This document shows, piece after piece, positions 11,299 through 20,164 of a stretch of 64,000 nt of DNA (positions are counted from its first letter, which is position 1; every line of letters begins with the position of its first letter). The translations under genes were made by a program, and so were the position numbers. A model generated the notes under the pieces. That model was not told where the DNA came from and searched no databases. It saw only the letters and a list, made by a program, of their open reading frames with translations. The stretch spans positions 33,644 through 97,643 of the forward strand of contig JBBINH010000002.1 of assembly GCA_037443945.1 (NCBI GenBank), in the 5' to 3' direction. Source of the stretch: Caldilineales bacterium (lineage in GTDB: Bacteria; Chloroflexota; Anaerolineae; J102).

Positions 11299-12246
11299 CT
11301 AACGTGTCAATGACTGGACAAAGACCCAAGGATCGAATTCGGCCAGATCGTCGATTTTTTCACCGGTACCGACGAAGCGCACAGGTACGCCTAGCTGATC
11401 GGCAATAGCAAGGACAACACCGCCTTTGGCCGTGCTGTCGAGTTTGGTGAGAATGACACCGGTGACACCCACGGTTTCGCCGAATTTCTGCGCCTGGGTG
11501 ATGGCATTCTGACCGGTTGTGGCATCGAGCACCAACAGGACCTCATGAGGGGCTTTATGGACCTGGCGCTGGGCCACATTGCGGATTTTTTCCATTTCTC
11601 TCATGAGATTGAAGTTGGTGTGCAATCGTCCGGCCGTGTCAATAATCACGATGTCGTGATTTCGTTCCTGGGCGGCACGGATGGCGTCGTAGACCACGGC
11701 CCCCGGATCGGCGCCCGGCCCATGGGCCACAACTCCCACGCCCGCACGCTGGGCCCAGACTTTGAGCTGGTCGATGGCCGCCGCGCGGAACGTATCGGCG
11801 GCCGCGACCAGGATGCGATGGCCGCGAGCGCGATAGTATTTGGCCAGTTTACCGATGCTCGTCGTTTTGCCGGAGCCGTTGACGCCGACCACGAGCACCA
11901 CCGTGAGCAAGCGATCGGGATTCTCGATATCCAGGGGCCGGTTATGGGCCTGCAGGATGCGCACCATCTCTTCTTCCAGCACCCGATAGGCCTCTTCGGT
12001 GCGTTTGATCCCTTCGCTGCGTACCCGCGCGCGGGTGGCCTCGACCAGTTTGAGGGTGGTCTCAACGCCGACATCGCCCATGACCAGGATTTCTTCCAAC
12101 TCTTCCCACAGGCGATCGTCGATTTCGTTGGCCTGAAACAGTCTACCCAGCCGACCCAGGACGCCGTGGCGGGTTTTTTCCAGGCTTTGATCGATTTTCG
12201 TTTGCTCTTCAAGGGTGACGTGGGCGCGGCGGAAACGGGAAAACAT
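11299..12246 (-). CDS. ftsY: signal recognition particle receptor FtsY
   Basis: SRP-GTPase motifs are present ([18 protein letters not shown]). The start is set at [15 protein letters not shown], because the upstream track extension has no homology. Confidence 0.9.
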   Translation of the reverse strand: MFSRFRRAHVTLEEQTKIDQSLEKTRHGVLGRLGRLFQANEIDDRLWEELEEILVMGDVGVETTLKLVEATRARVRSEGIKRTEEAYRVLEEEMVRILQAHNRPLDIENPDRLLTVVLVVGVNGSGKTTSIGKLAKYYRARGHRILVAAADTFRAAAIDQLKVWAQRAGVGVVAHGPGADPGAVVYDAIRAAQERNHDIVIIDTAGRLHTNFNLMREMEKIRNVAQRQVHKAPHEVLLVLDATTGQNAITQAQKFGETVGVTGVILTKLDSTAKGGVVLAIADQLGVPVRFVGTGEKIDDLAEFDPWVFVQSLTR

Positions 12247-12595
12247 GACCAAAGGCTGCGAACGGGCAAGGAAATCGAGGCGAACGACCCGACAGGGGGC
12301 GATCAAGAAATGGCCGCCGGAAGAAAACTTCGCGGCGTCCACAAAACATTATAGCCTCAGGCCGGAATGAGGAGCAAGCCCGAAAAGGGCGAGATCGGCT
12401 CTGGCCGTTCTGCGCGTCGGTTTTTGCCCACGGTAACCAGGGCACTTGTCGACGGCCCGGCAAATGGCCGGTATCCCCCGTTCGCTCTTGCAGTATAATT
12501 AGGAAGTGTCGGGACAAGGGCGCTGTGAGGCGACCTTGTCGTTGTTTTCTTGTTTTCCCCGGCTTCGCCACCGTGGTAATTGCAAAGCCTTCTTT

Positions 12596-14872
12596 ATGCC
12601 GCATTACGTTTCCCCCACGATCGACCAGCTTCTTGCTCGTCTCGACTATCTCACACCCTCCGGTCGTGAGATGGTTCGTCGCGCCTACGAAGTGGCCGAG
12701 GCTCAACATCGCGGACAGACGCGCAGCTCGGGCGAGCCTTACATCACCCATCCTTTGGCCGTAGCCGATATCCTGTGCGACCTGCGCGCCGATGCCGAAA
12801 CCCTGGCCGCAGGCCTGTTGCACGATGTCGTCGAGGATACGGGCTATCCCCCCGAAAAAATCGAGGAAGAGTTCGGCCGCAAGGTGCGTGAGCTGGTCAT
12901 GGGGGTCACCAAGCTTTCCAAGCAGACCCGTCATGAGCTAGAATCGACCGATAACCATAACGGCGACTCGTCCGCCCCGAAGCGCCGAGAGAAGCCCTCC
13001 TGGCAGGAGGAATGGGCCGAGAACATGCGCCAGCTCTTCTTGAGTTCGGGCGAGCATCCGCTCATCCTGGTGATCAAGCTGGCCGACCGGCTCCACAACA
13101 TGCGTACCCTCGATGCCATTCGCAATGAAGACAAGCGGCGACGTATCGCCCGCGAGACGTTGGAGATCTTTGCGCCCGTGGCCAATCGTCTGGGGATCTG
13201 GCAGATCAAGTGGGAGCTTGAGGACCTTTCGTTCCGCTACCTGCAGCCGGTTATCTATCAGCAGTTACGGGACAAGATCAACCAGCGTCGCGCCCAGCGC
13301 GAACGCTTCATCCGGCAGGTCGAAGACCAGATCCGCGCCGACCTGGCCGCGGCCGGCATCCATGCCGAAGTCACAGGGCGGCCCAAACACATCTACAGCA
13401 TCTGGCGCAAGATGCAAAAAAAGGGTATTCCCTTTGAAGAAGTGTACGACGTGCACGGCTTCCGCATCATCGTGGATACCGTGCCCGAATGCTATATCGT
13501 CCTGGGCATCATCCACAAGCGTTGGCCGCCCATTCCCGGCGAATTCGACGATTATATCGCCCGTCCCAAAGATAACGGCTATCAATCTCTGCACACGGCC
13601 GTCTCGGGTCCGGGTGGACAGGCCATGGAGGTTCAGATCCGCACATGGGAAATGCACGAGTTGGCCGAGCAGGGTGTAGCGGCCCATTGGCGCTATAAAG
13701 AGGACGGTCGCAAGTTCGACGAAGCCTTTGCCAACAAGATCGCCTGGTTGCGCGCTCTGCAGAGCTATCAGGAAGAGGCGCGCGATGCCTCCGAGATGCT
13801 GGAGAACATGCGCACCGACCTCTTTGGCGATCGCGTGTATGTCTTCACCCCCAAAGGCGACCTGAAAAGCCTGCCGGCCGGCTCGACGCCCATCGACTTC
13901 GCCTATGCCATCCATACCGAAGTGGGCCATCGCTGCCGTGGCGCCCGTGTCAACGGCAAGATGGTGCGGTTGGATTACCAGCTCAAGAACCGCGACCGGG
14001 TGGAGATCATCACGGCCAAAAAGGGTGGCCCCAGTCGGGATTGGCTCAACGAGCATCTGGGCTACGTGCGCACCTCACGCGCCCGCTCGAAGATCAAGCA
14101 ATGGTTCCGCAAGCTCGATCGCGAACAAAACATCCAGGCCGGTCGCCAGATCCTCGACCGTTTGATCAAGCAGCTCTATTTGCGCACCATCAGCTATGAA
14201 GACGCCGCCCGCGCGTTCGGCTACGAAAACCTCGACGACTTCCTCGCCGCCATCGGCTACGGCGATATCACCAGCGATCGGCTTTCTGCCAAGCTCATTG
14301 CTTTACAACCGCGCGATCGAGGCGAAGAAAAACTCGAAGACCTGGGCTTGCCCGAAACGGCGACACCGGGCACGGGCGAATTGGTCACCGTGCACGGCGT
14401 CAACGGTCTGTTGACAAGGCTGGCCCAGTGTTGCAATCCCTTGCCCGGCGAAGAGGTCGTCGGCTATGTCACGCGCGGACGTGGGGTTACCGTCCATCGC
14501 GCCGACTGTCCCAACATCGTCAATCGCGCCGAACCGGAACGGCTGATTCAGGCCAGTTGGGGAGCGGAAACACCGACCTACCCGGTGCCGATCATGGTGC
14601 GGGCCTGGAATCGCACCGGACTCCTGCGCGACATCACCGCCATCGTCGCCGCCGAGGGGATCAACATCAGCTCCACCACCACCAACACGAGCCCCAAGAG
14701 CCCCTTTGCCGTGATGATGCTGACCCTGAGTGTGAGGGATGCTCAGCAGTTGACCAGGGTCATGGATCGCATCGAACGGGTACCCAATGTCATCACGGTG
14801 GAGCGCTATCGGGTCGAGAGCACCAGGGAGACGGGAAAGGGGAAACGGCGCAAGGCCGCCGTAGCGGTATAA
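12596..14872 (+). CDS. rel: bifunctional (p)ppGpp synthetase/hydrolase (RelA/SpoT family)
   Basis: The HD hydrolase domain (HDVVEDT), RelA_SpoT synthetase region, TGS and C-terminal ACT-like regions are present. The start is set at MPHYVSPTIDQLL. Confidence 0.9.
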   Translation: MPHYVSPTIDQLLARLDYLTPSGREMVRRAYEVAEAQHRGQTRSSGEPYITHPLAVADILCDLRADAETLAAGLLHDVVEDTGYPPEKIEEEFGRKVRELVMGVTKLSKQTRHELESTDNHNGDSSAPKRREKPSWQEEWAENMRQLFLSSGEHPLILVIKLADRLHNMRTLDAIRNEDKRRRIARETLEIFAPVANRLGIWQIKWELEDLSFRYLQPVIYQQLRDKINQRRAQRERFIRQVEDQIRADLAAAGIHAEVTGRPKHIYSIWRKMQKKGIPFEEVYDVHGFRIIVDTVPECYIVLGIIHKRWPPIPGEFDDYIARPKDNGYQSLHTAVSGPGGQAMEVQIRTWEMHELAEQGVAAHWRYKEDGRKFDEAFANKIAWLRALQSYQEEARDASEMLENMRTDLFGDRVYVFTPKGDLKSLPAGSTPIDFAYAIHTEVGHRCRGARVNGKMVRLDYQLKNRDRVEIITAKKGGPSRDWLNEHLGYVRTSRARSKIKQWFRKLDREQNIQAGRQILDRLIKQLYLRTISYEDAARAFGYENLDDFLAAIGYGDITSDRLSAKLIALQPRDRGEEKLEDLGLPETATPGTGELVTVHGVNGLLTRLAQCCNPLPGEEVVGYVTRGRGVTVHRADCPNIVNRAEPERLIQASWGAETPTYPVPIMVRAWNRTGLLRDITAIVAAEGINISSTTTNTSPKSPFAVMMLTLSVRDAQQLTRVMDRIERVPNVITVERYRVESTRETGKGKRRKAAVAV

Positions 14873-14960
14873 ATGAGGACCGAGAACGAGAAAAACGTGA
14901 AAGTCGTCGGGATCATGCTATAATGCCGGTCGTTGCGCTCCTACCTGTCCCGCATCTGCC

Positions 14961-15413
14961 ATGAGCATTGCCATTGCTTTCCCTCTTGGGGCCTATGTTG
15001 CCGCGGCGTTCGGGCCGGACAAGCACCTGCTTGCCGAACAGGCCTGGTGCGAGTCGCAATGGGATCCCTTGGCGGTCGGTGACCAACGGTCTCTCGGCCT
15101 CATGGCGATCCCGTCGGCCGCATGGGCCGAGTGGGCGCCTACGCTCCAGGCCTTTGACCCGGAACGCAACCTGCGCGTGGCTGCCGCCTATCGGCAGGCG
15201 CGGCGCCGGCAACCGGTTACCCGGCTCAACCTGCACGAGGACCACCGGCGGCTCGTGGCCTCTCGTCGGGGCTTTGCCTCCCTCCCTCGCTTCGTGGCCG
15301 GCGGCAACCGTTGGGCGGATCGGCCTGCCGATATCCAGGGCCACGCGCTGAGCTTCCTGCTCGGTGCCAAAGCCTGCCCTCTCGCCGCCGAACCCGTTTC
15401 CGTCCATGGGTAG
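14961..15413 (+). CDS. lytic transglycosylase (SLT) domain protein
   Basis: 'AEQAWCESQWDPLAVGDQRSLGLMAI' matches the SLT catalytic-Glu motif (ES..P.AVS..GA.GLMQ). No signal peptide was seen, which lowers confidence. Confidence 0.45.
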   Translation: MSIAIAFPLGAYVAAAFGPDKHLLAEQAWCESQWDPLAVGDQRSLGLMAIPSAAWAEWAPTLQAFDPERNLRVAAAYRQARRRQPVTRLNLHEDHRRLVASRRGFASLPRFVAGGNRWADRPADIQGHALSFLLGAKACPLAAEPVSVHG

Positions 15414-15470
15414 CCGAGCGCGGATGGCATGAATCAGCCGTTTTCGCCACGTTCAACACCGTTTTTGTCT

Positions 15471-15938
15471 ATGTCTGCCCGAATCCCTGTCTATTTGGCC
15501 ATACTCGTCGCCTGGGTGGCCATGCTTGGCAGCCTCTATTTCAGCGAAGTCGCCGGCTTTGTCCCCTGCAAGCTATGCTGGTATCAACGCATTTTGATGT
15601 ACCCGTTGGCGCTTATCTTGCCCATCGCCGCATTACGTCGCGATGACAGTGTACCGGCCTATGTATTGCCTTTTTCGGTGACCGGTATCTTTGTCTCGAC
15701 TTATCACTATTTGCTGCAAAAAACAAACATCTTCTCGGCTGGCGGTGTTTGTACGGGTGGTGTGCCGTGTAATGTCGTCTATATCAACTGGTTCGGTTTT
15801 ATCACCATTCCTTTTTTGGCCCTCACCGCTTTTGTCATTATCTCCTCGCTGATGGTGATTTTCTACGCTCAAAACAGCCAGACCCAAACCGAGGACACAG
15901 CAACGGCGGTGGCCGATAGGGCCGTTGGCAAGCAATAA
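15471..15938 (+). CDS. disulfide bond formation protein B (DsbB/BdbC family)
   Basis: Four TM segments are present, with a CxxC (CKLCWYQR) in the first periplasmic loop and a second Cys pair (CTGGVPC). Confidence 0.7.
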   Translation: MSARIPVYLAILVAWVAMLGSLYFSEVAGFVPCKLCWYQRILMYPLALILPIAALRRDDSVPAYVLPFSVTGIFVSTYHYLLQKTNIFSAGGVCTGGVPCNVVYINWFGFITIPFLALTAFVIISSLMVIFYAQNSQTQTEDTATAVADRAVGKQ

Positions 15939-15947
15939 GGAGGCGGT

Positions 15948-17120
15948 ATGAAATCCATCCCGGTCGGTGGTGCTCCTGACGGTGAAAACGAGCCCACGGT
16001 TGCCAATGCAGCCGTCATCTACCGTGCGCCTATCCGCGTCGGTGCCGTCAACGCGATCTTCTCGCCACCGACGGCGACCGTACCGGAACCACCCGACATG
16101 CCGACTTCGGCCCATCCCGCCACGGCGCCGCAACCCACGGAAATGGCCGCACGATCCGCCACCCCTCACCATGTCGCCAACCCGCCGCGAGCCGGTTTGG
16201 GAGGGCGAGGCTGTGTCCTCGCCTTCGTTCTGTTGGCTTTGGGGATTGTCCTCGGCGCCGGTCTGGCGCTCGCCGTCCTGTTTGTCCTCAACGGCACCCT
16301 CGATTTCGGCCGTCATGAACGGCTGATCTACCTGAATAGCTGGGTAACCGACCTCGACCGCCGCATCGAAACGGTGCAGGGCCGGATAGAGACCCAGGAT
16401 ACGGCCCTCAAGACCACACAAACCGAACTCGAGACCCTGCGCCGCCGTCTCGATGAGAGTAGCGCCCGGTTGGAAACGCTGAATACCGGATTATCCGACC
16501 TTACCGACCGGGCCGACGCATTAGCGCGTGAGCTCGAAGAGACGAGCGTCCGCATGGCCGACTTCGAGGCCACGGTGGAGACGGTCACCCAGGAAAACGC
16601 CGCCATCCGCAGCCAATTCGAGGACATCAACAACCGCCTTGTGGCCCTGAGCGAGAGCGCTGCCCGTTTTCGCGACTTCTTGCTCGGCCTGCAAACCCTG
16701 CTCGATGACCTCGTGGCCGTGACGCCGGCCACAGCCCCGGAGGCGGAAACCGCCATGACGGCGGCGCCGGAGGAAGCCATCACGGGTAGCCCGGCCCTCA
16801 GCCTGTTTCCGCCCCTGACGCCCATCCCACCACCGGCTGCCGGTCAGAGTCACATCTTCGGCCTCGTCTGGCGTGATGCCAATAGCAACGGCCTGCCTGA
16901 GGAGGGGGAGGCGGTTGTGGTCGGGGCTGTGGTCGTGCTCGCCCAGGCCGATGGGCGCCGTCTGGCCGCCACCGTCACCGGCGCCGATGGTCGCTATCTC
17001 TTTGCCGACCTCGTCCCCGGTGCTTACGTGGTCACCCTTCCCACCGAGACGACGCCTGCCATCTCGTTGGTGGCCGGCGCCGACGAAGCCGTAGAGGTCA
17101 ATATCGGCCTGGCCCCCTGA
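15948..17120 (+). CDS. membrane-anchored coiled-coil protein with a C-terminal SdrD B-like (Cna-B/carboxypeptidase-regulatory-like) domain
   Basis: The N-terminal region is Pro/Ala-rich, followed by one TM helix (VLAFVLLALGIVLGAGLALAVLFVL). A roughly 170-aa heptad-rich segment (ETLRRRLDESSARLETL...) and a TP linker follow. The C-terminal 'LVWRDANSNGLPEEGE...GRYLFADLVPGAY' resembles an SdrD B-type domain. Confidence 0.6.
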   Translation: MKSIPVGGAPDGENEPTVANAAVIYRAPIRVGAVNAIFSPPTATVPEPPDMPTSAHPATAPQPTEMAARSATPHHVANPPRAGLGGRGCVLAFVLLALGIVLGAGLALAVLFVLNGTLDFGRHERLIYLNSWVTDLDRRIETVQGRIETQDTALKTTQTELETLRRRLDESSARLETLNTGLSDLTDRADALARELEETSVRMADFEATVETVTQENAAIRSQFEDINNRLVALSESAARFRDFLLGLQTLLDDLVAVTPATAPEAETAMTAAPEEAITGSPALSLFPPLTPIPPPAAGQSHIFGLVWRDANSNGLPEEGEAVVVGAVVVLAQADGRRLAATVTGADGRYLFADLVPGAYVVTLPTETTPAISLVAGADEAVEVNIGLAP

Positions 17121-17135
17121 GGTAGCTCCCCCGGA

Positions 17136-17711
17136 TCAGGCAGCGCCGTCGCGCTCCGCTTCGGCACGACGGACGTAAAAATCGAGCTGTACGCTGCCGT
17201 AACGTCGCGAATCGCGCCGCCACAGATGCACGAGAGCCGGTTCGGCGTACTCCTTGGGGTGGATCTGCACGATCACCTGCCCGCCCGGCGCCAACCAGCC
17301 CGGCTGCCGGTCGAGGAGTTGCAGCGCCTTGAGCCACAGCCCCCGGTACTGGGGGGGCGCCACGAAAATGACATCGAAAGCGGTAGTGGCCGACCTGGCC
17401 AGGTACTTGAAAGCATCGCCATGCACGATCACCCCACGGTCGGCCAGGCGTGTGCGTTGCAAATTCTGGCTCAGGACCTTCAACGCGGCACGGGAGCGCT
17501 CGATAAACACCACCCGGGCTGCCCCCCGGCTAAGGGCCTCGATCCCGACGGCGCCGGTGCCGCCGAAGAGGTCGAGCACGGTTGCCCCACGGATATCCTC
17601 GCCGAGAATGGCGAACAGCGCCTCTTTAGCCCGATCGGTGATGGGGCGTGTGCTTTCGCCTGGGACCGAATCCAGATGCAGGCCTTTAGCCGTACCGGCA
17701 ATGACGCGCAT
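17136..17711 (-). CDS. rsmD: 16S rRNA (guanine966-N2)-methyltransferase RsmD
   Basis: 'VLDLFGGTGAVGIEALSRGA' is the SAM motif and 'FVAPPQ' is the DPPY-type motif. The size (~190 aa) also fits RsmD. Confidence 0.85.
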   Translation of the reverse strand: MRVIAGTAKGLHLDSVPGESTRPITDRAKEALFAILGEDIRGATVLDLFGGTGAVGIEALSRGAARVVFIERSRAALKVLSQNLQRTRLADRGVIVHGDAFKYLARSATTAFDVIFVAPPQYRGLWLKALQLLDRQPGWLAPGGQVIVQIHPKEYAEPALVHLWRRDSRRYGSVQLDFYVRRAEAERDGAA

Positions 17712-17882
17712 GAGCTCTTCCTATTCCGTGCTTCGTTATGGCCATTATAAACCATGGCTATCGGAGGCGAAAGGTGGCGGATCGGGGACGACGGGACCCG
17801 ATCGAGACCTTCGTCTCCCTGCACCCACGGGGCTGTGGCAAACGACATCGAATGTCACCTGCGTTTTTCTCTTGTTCTGACC

Positions 17883-19808
17883 ATGCTCGTTCGTTTTCTT
17901 CTCCCCGGACTCTTAGCCCTGGTTCTGACGGCGACCGGCGCCGGCGGGGGCGGTGCTGTTGAACGCTCATGGCCTCCCGATCCGACCAGCCCGGCCTACT
18001 GGCATGACGCCTTGCGCCAGGCCCATGCTCCCGGCGAGGTATTGGTGCATTGGCGGACATCCTCGTGGCAGGCCCAGGGCCAACCCGCCGCTTTGGCCAC
18101 GGCGGAGCTGCTGAGCTTCATGCCCGAGCTGGGCTTGGCCCACTATCGGATTCAGGGCGATCTGGCCACCGCTCTGGCCGCTCTCAACCGGGATCCGGCC
18201 GTGGTGTTCGCCGAACCCAACTACCGGGTGTGGCCGGCTTTTGAGCCGGATGATCCCTACTATCGCCAATACGCTGCTAACGATTCCCTCCCCACCGGTG
18301 GTTATCTCAATCGTCTGAACATGGCCGCGGCCTGGGATATCACCCGTGGGCATCCGGCCATCCTTGTCGCCGTCATTGACAGCGGCATTGATCTCGAGCA
18401 CGAAGACATTCGGGCCAACCTGTGGCAGAATCCCGGCGAAGTGCCTGCCAACGGTCGTGATGACGATGGCAACGGTTTCGTAGACGATGTGTACGGTTGG
18501 AATTTTGCCGCCGACTCGCCCGATGTGGATGACTGGTTGGGCCACGGCAGTCATGTTGCCGGCATCATCGCGGCCCGCATCAACAACGGCCTCGGCATCG
18601 CCGGCGTGGCGCCCAAAACCCAGGTCATGGCCGTGGGCGTTTTTGCCCCGCCGGGGTACGGGACCTTCGCCGATGAGATTCGCGCCATCCTCTATGCCAC
18701 CGACCAGGGTGCCGATGTCATCAACCTGAGCCTGGGCAGCACGGCCTACAGCCGTGGCGAGGAAATGGCCGTCGACTACGCCGTGCGACGGGGGGTGGTG
18801 GTCGTGGCTGCTGCCGGGAACAACGGTCGCACAGTCTACCACTGGCCGGCCGCCCATCCGGCGGCCATTGCGGTGACGGCGACCACGGCCCGCGATGCCA
18901 TCGCCGGGTTTTCCAATCGCGGGGATTTTGTCGATCTGGCGGCGCCGGGGGTGGCCATCTGGTCGTTGCGACGGGGCGGCGGCTATCTGGCCATGAGCGG
19001 GACGAGCATGGCTACGCCCCATGTGGCCGGCGTGGCGGCGTTGATCCTGGCCCACAACCCCACCCTGACACCGGCCGAAGTCCGCGCCATCCTGGAGACG
19101 ACGGCCACCGACCTGGGCGTCCTCGGCCGGGACGAGGTCTTCGGCTACGGCCGCGTCGATGCTCTGGCCGCCTTGCGGGCCACGCCGCCCTATACCGGCA
19201 CCGTGCTCCCCGATCTCCCCGACTGGCTGCGCGCCCGGACCTGGCCACCTCTGTGCCGCGAACTCGTGCGCGAGGGCGATTTCGAGACCGACCCCCCGGT
19301 AGTCTGGCAGCTCGACGGCGCCGCTACCCTGACGACCACGGTGGCCTTATCGGGGACGCGTTCTCTGTTCCTGGGCGGCGAGCCGGGCCGGCAGGCCTCG
19401 GCACGGCAGACCTTCAGCGTGCCCTCCGACCTTCGGGCAGCGACCCTCGCCTTCGGCCTGCGCTTGGAAAACGAGGACTACGACCTGGGCAGCGACCCCC
19501 AATGGCCCGGCCGCGACCGGCTGAGCGTCTGGCTGCGCACATCCACGGGCGAAGCTCTTCTGGAGCTGTTACGGGCCGGGAATGCCGATTACAACCTGGC
19601 GGCAGGCTTGCCGTGGGATCGCTATCTCCATGTGCTGAACGAAGAGGAAATCGCCCTGCTGGCCGCCCAGGGTCAGGTGCAGATCGAGTTCACGGCGATG
19701 AACGACACCGACCCGCAGCCAACCCGGTTTTATATTGACGACGTGCGCCTGTGCGGAAGCCACGCACCGGTCTATTTGCCTTTGCTCCGGCGTCCCTCCC
19801 TGCCATGA
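17883..19808 (+). CDS. secreted subtilisin-like serine protease (peptidase S8) with C-terminal extension ending YLPLLRRPSLP
   Basis: Signal peptide MLVRFLLPGLLALVLTA. The catalytic triad motifs are present: D (VIDSGID), H (GHGSHVAG) and S (GTSMATPHVAG). There is a roughly 200-aa C-terminal domain. Confidence 0.9.
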   Translation: MLVRFLLPGLLALVLTATGAGGGGAVERSWPPDPTSPAYWHDALRQAHAPGEVLVHWRTSSWQAQGQPAALATAELLSFMPELGLAHYRIQGDLATALAALNRDPAVVFAEPNYRVWPAFEPDDPYYRQYAANDSLPTGGYLNRLNMAAAWDITRGHPAILVAVIDSGIDLEHEDIRANLWQNPGEVPANGRDDDGNGFVDDVYGWNFAADSPDVDDWLGHGSHVAGIIAARINNGLGIAGVAPKTQVMAVGVFAPPGYGTFADEIRAILYATDQGADVINLSLGSTAYSRGEEMAVDYAVRRGVVVVAAAGNNGRTVYHWPAAHPAAIAVTATTARDAIAGFSNRGDFVDLAAPGVAIWSLRRGGGYLAMSGTSMATPHVAGVAALILAHNPTLTPAEVRAILETTATDLGVLGRDEVFGYGRVDALAALRATPPYTGTVLPDLPDWLRARTWPPLCRELVREGDFETDPPVVWQLDGAATLTTTVALSGTRSLFLGGEPGRQASARQTFSVPSDLRAATLAFGLRLENEDYDLGSDPQWPGRDRLSVWLRTSTGEALLELLRAGNADYNLAAGLPWDRYLHVLNEEEIALLAAQGQVQIEFTAMNDTDPQPTRFYIDDVRLCGSHAPVYLPLLRRPSLP

Positions 19809-20164
19809 ATGTCGCGACACGCTTGTGGCGTCTCCGGCCGGTGGTCGCCTTGTTGGCCTGGACCGGCCTGATCGGTTTGGTGAATGCCCGGGCGCCGACG
19901 CCGCCGGCGCTGGCGGCTGCAGCCTTGCTGCTCCTTTTGGCCATCACCACCACAACGGCCCCTCTCTGGCTCCTCCTGCAAAGGCGCTTGCATCCCAACC
20001 GGGCGATTCCCCTACAAGTTCGCAGCGCCTGGCTGCGGGGGCTGGAGACAGGCCTGGTCGTTGTCATCCTGCTGATGCTGCGCATAGCCGGCCTTCTCGA
20101 CGGCATCAGCGTCGCCATCGTGCTGGTGACGATGATCCTGATCGATAAGGTTTTTAGCGTCTAG
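19805..20164 (+). CDS. small polytopic membrane protein, translationally coupled to the S8 protease
   Basis: Its ATG overlaps the protease TGA (ATGA). It has 3-4 hydrophobic helices. The track ORF 19751.. carries an N-terminal extension that overlaps the protease. Confidence 0.5.
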   Translation: MNVATRLWRLRPVVALLAWTGLIGLVNARAPTPPALAAAALLLLLAITTTTAPLWLLLQRRLHPNRAIPLQVRSAWLRGLETGLVVVILLMLRIAGLLDGISVAIVLVTMILIDKVFSV

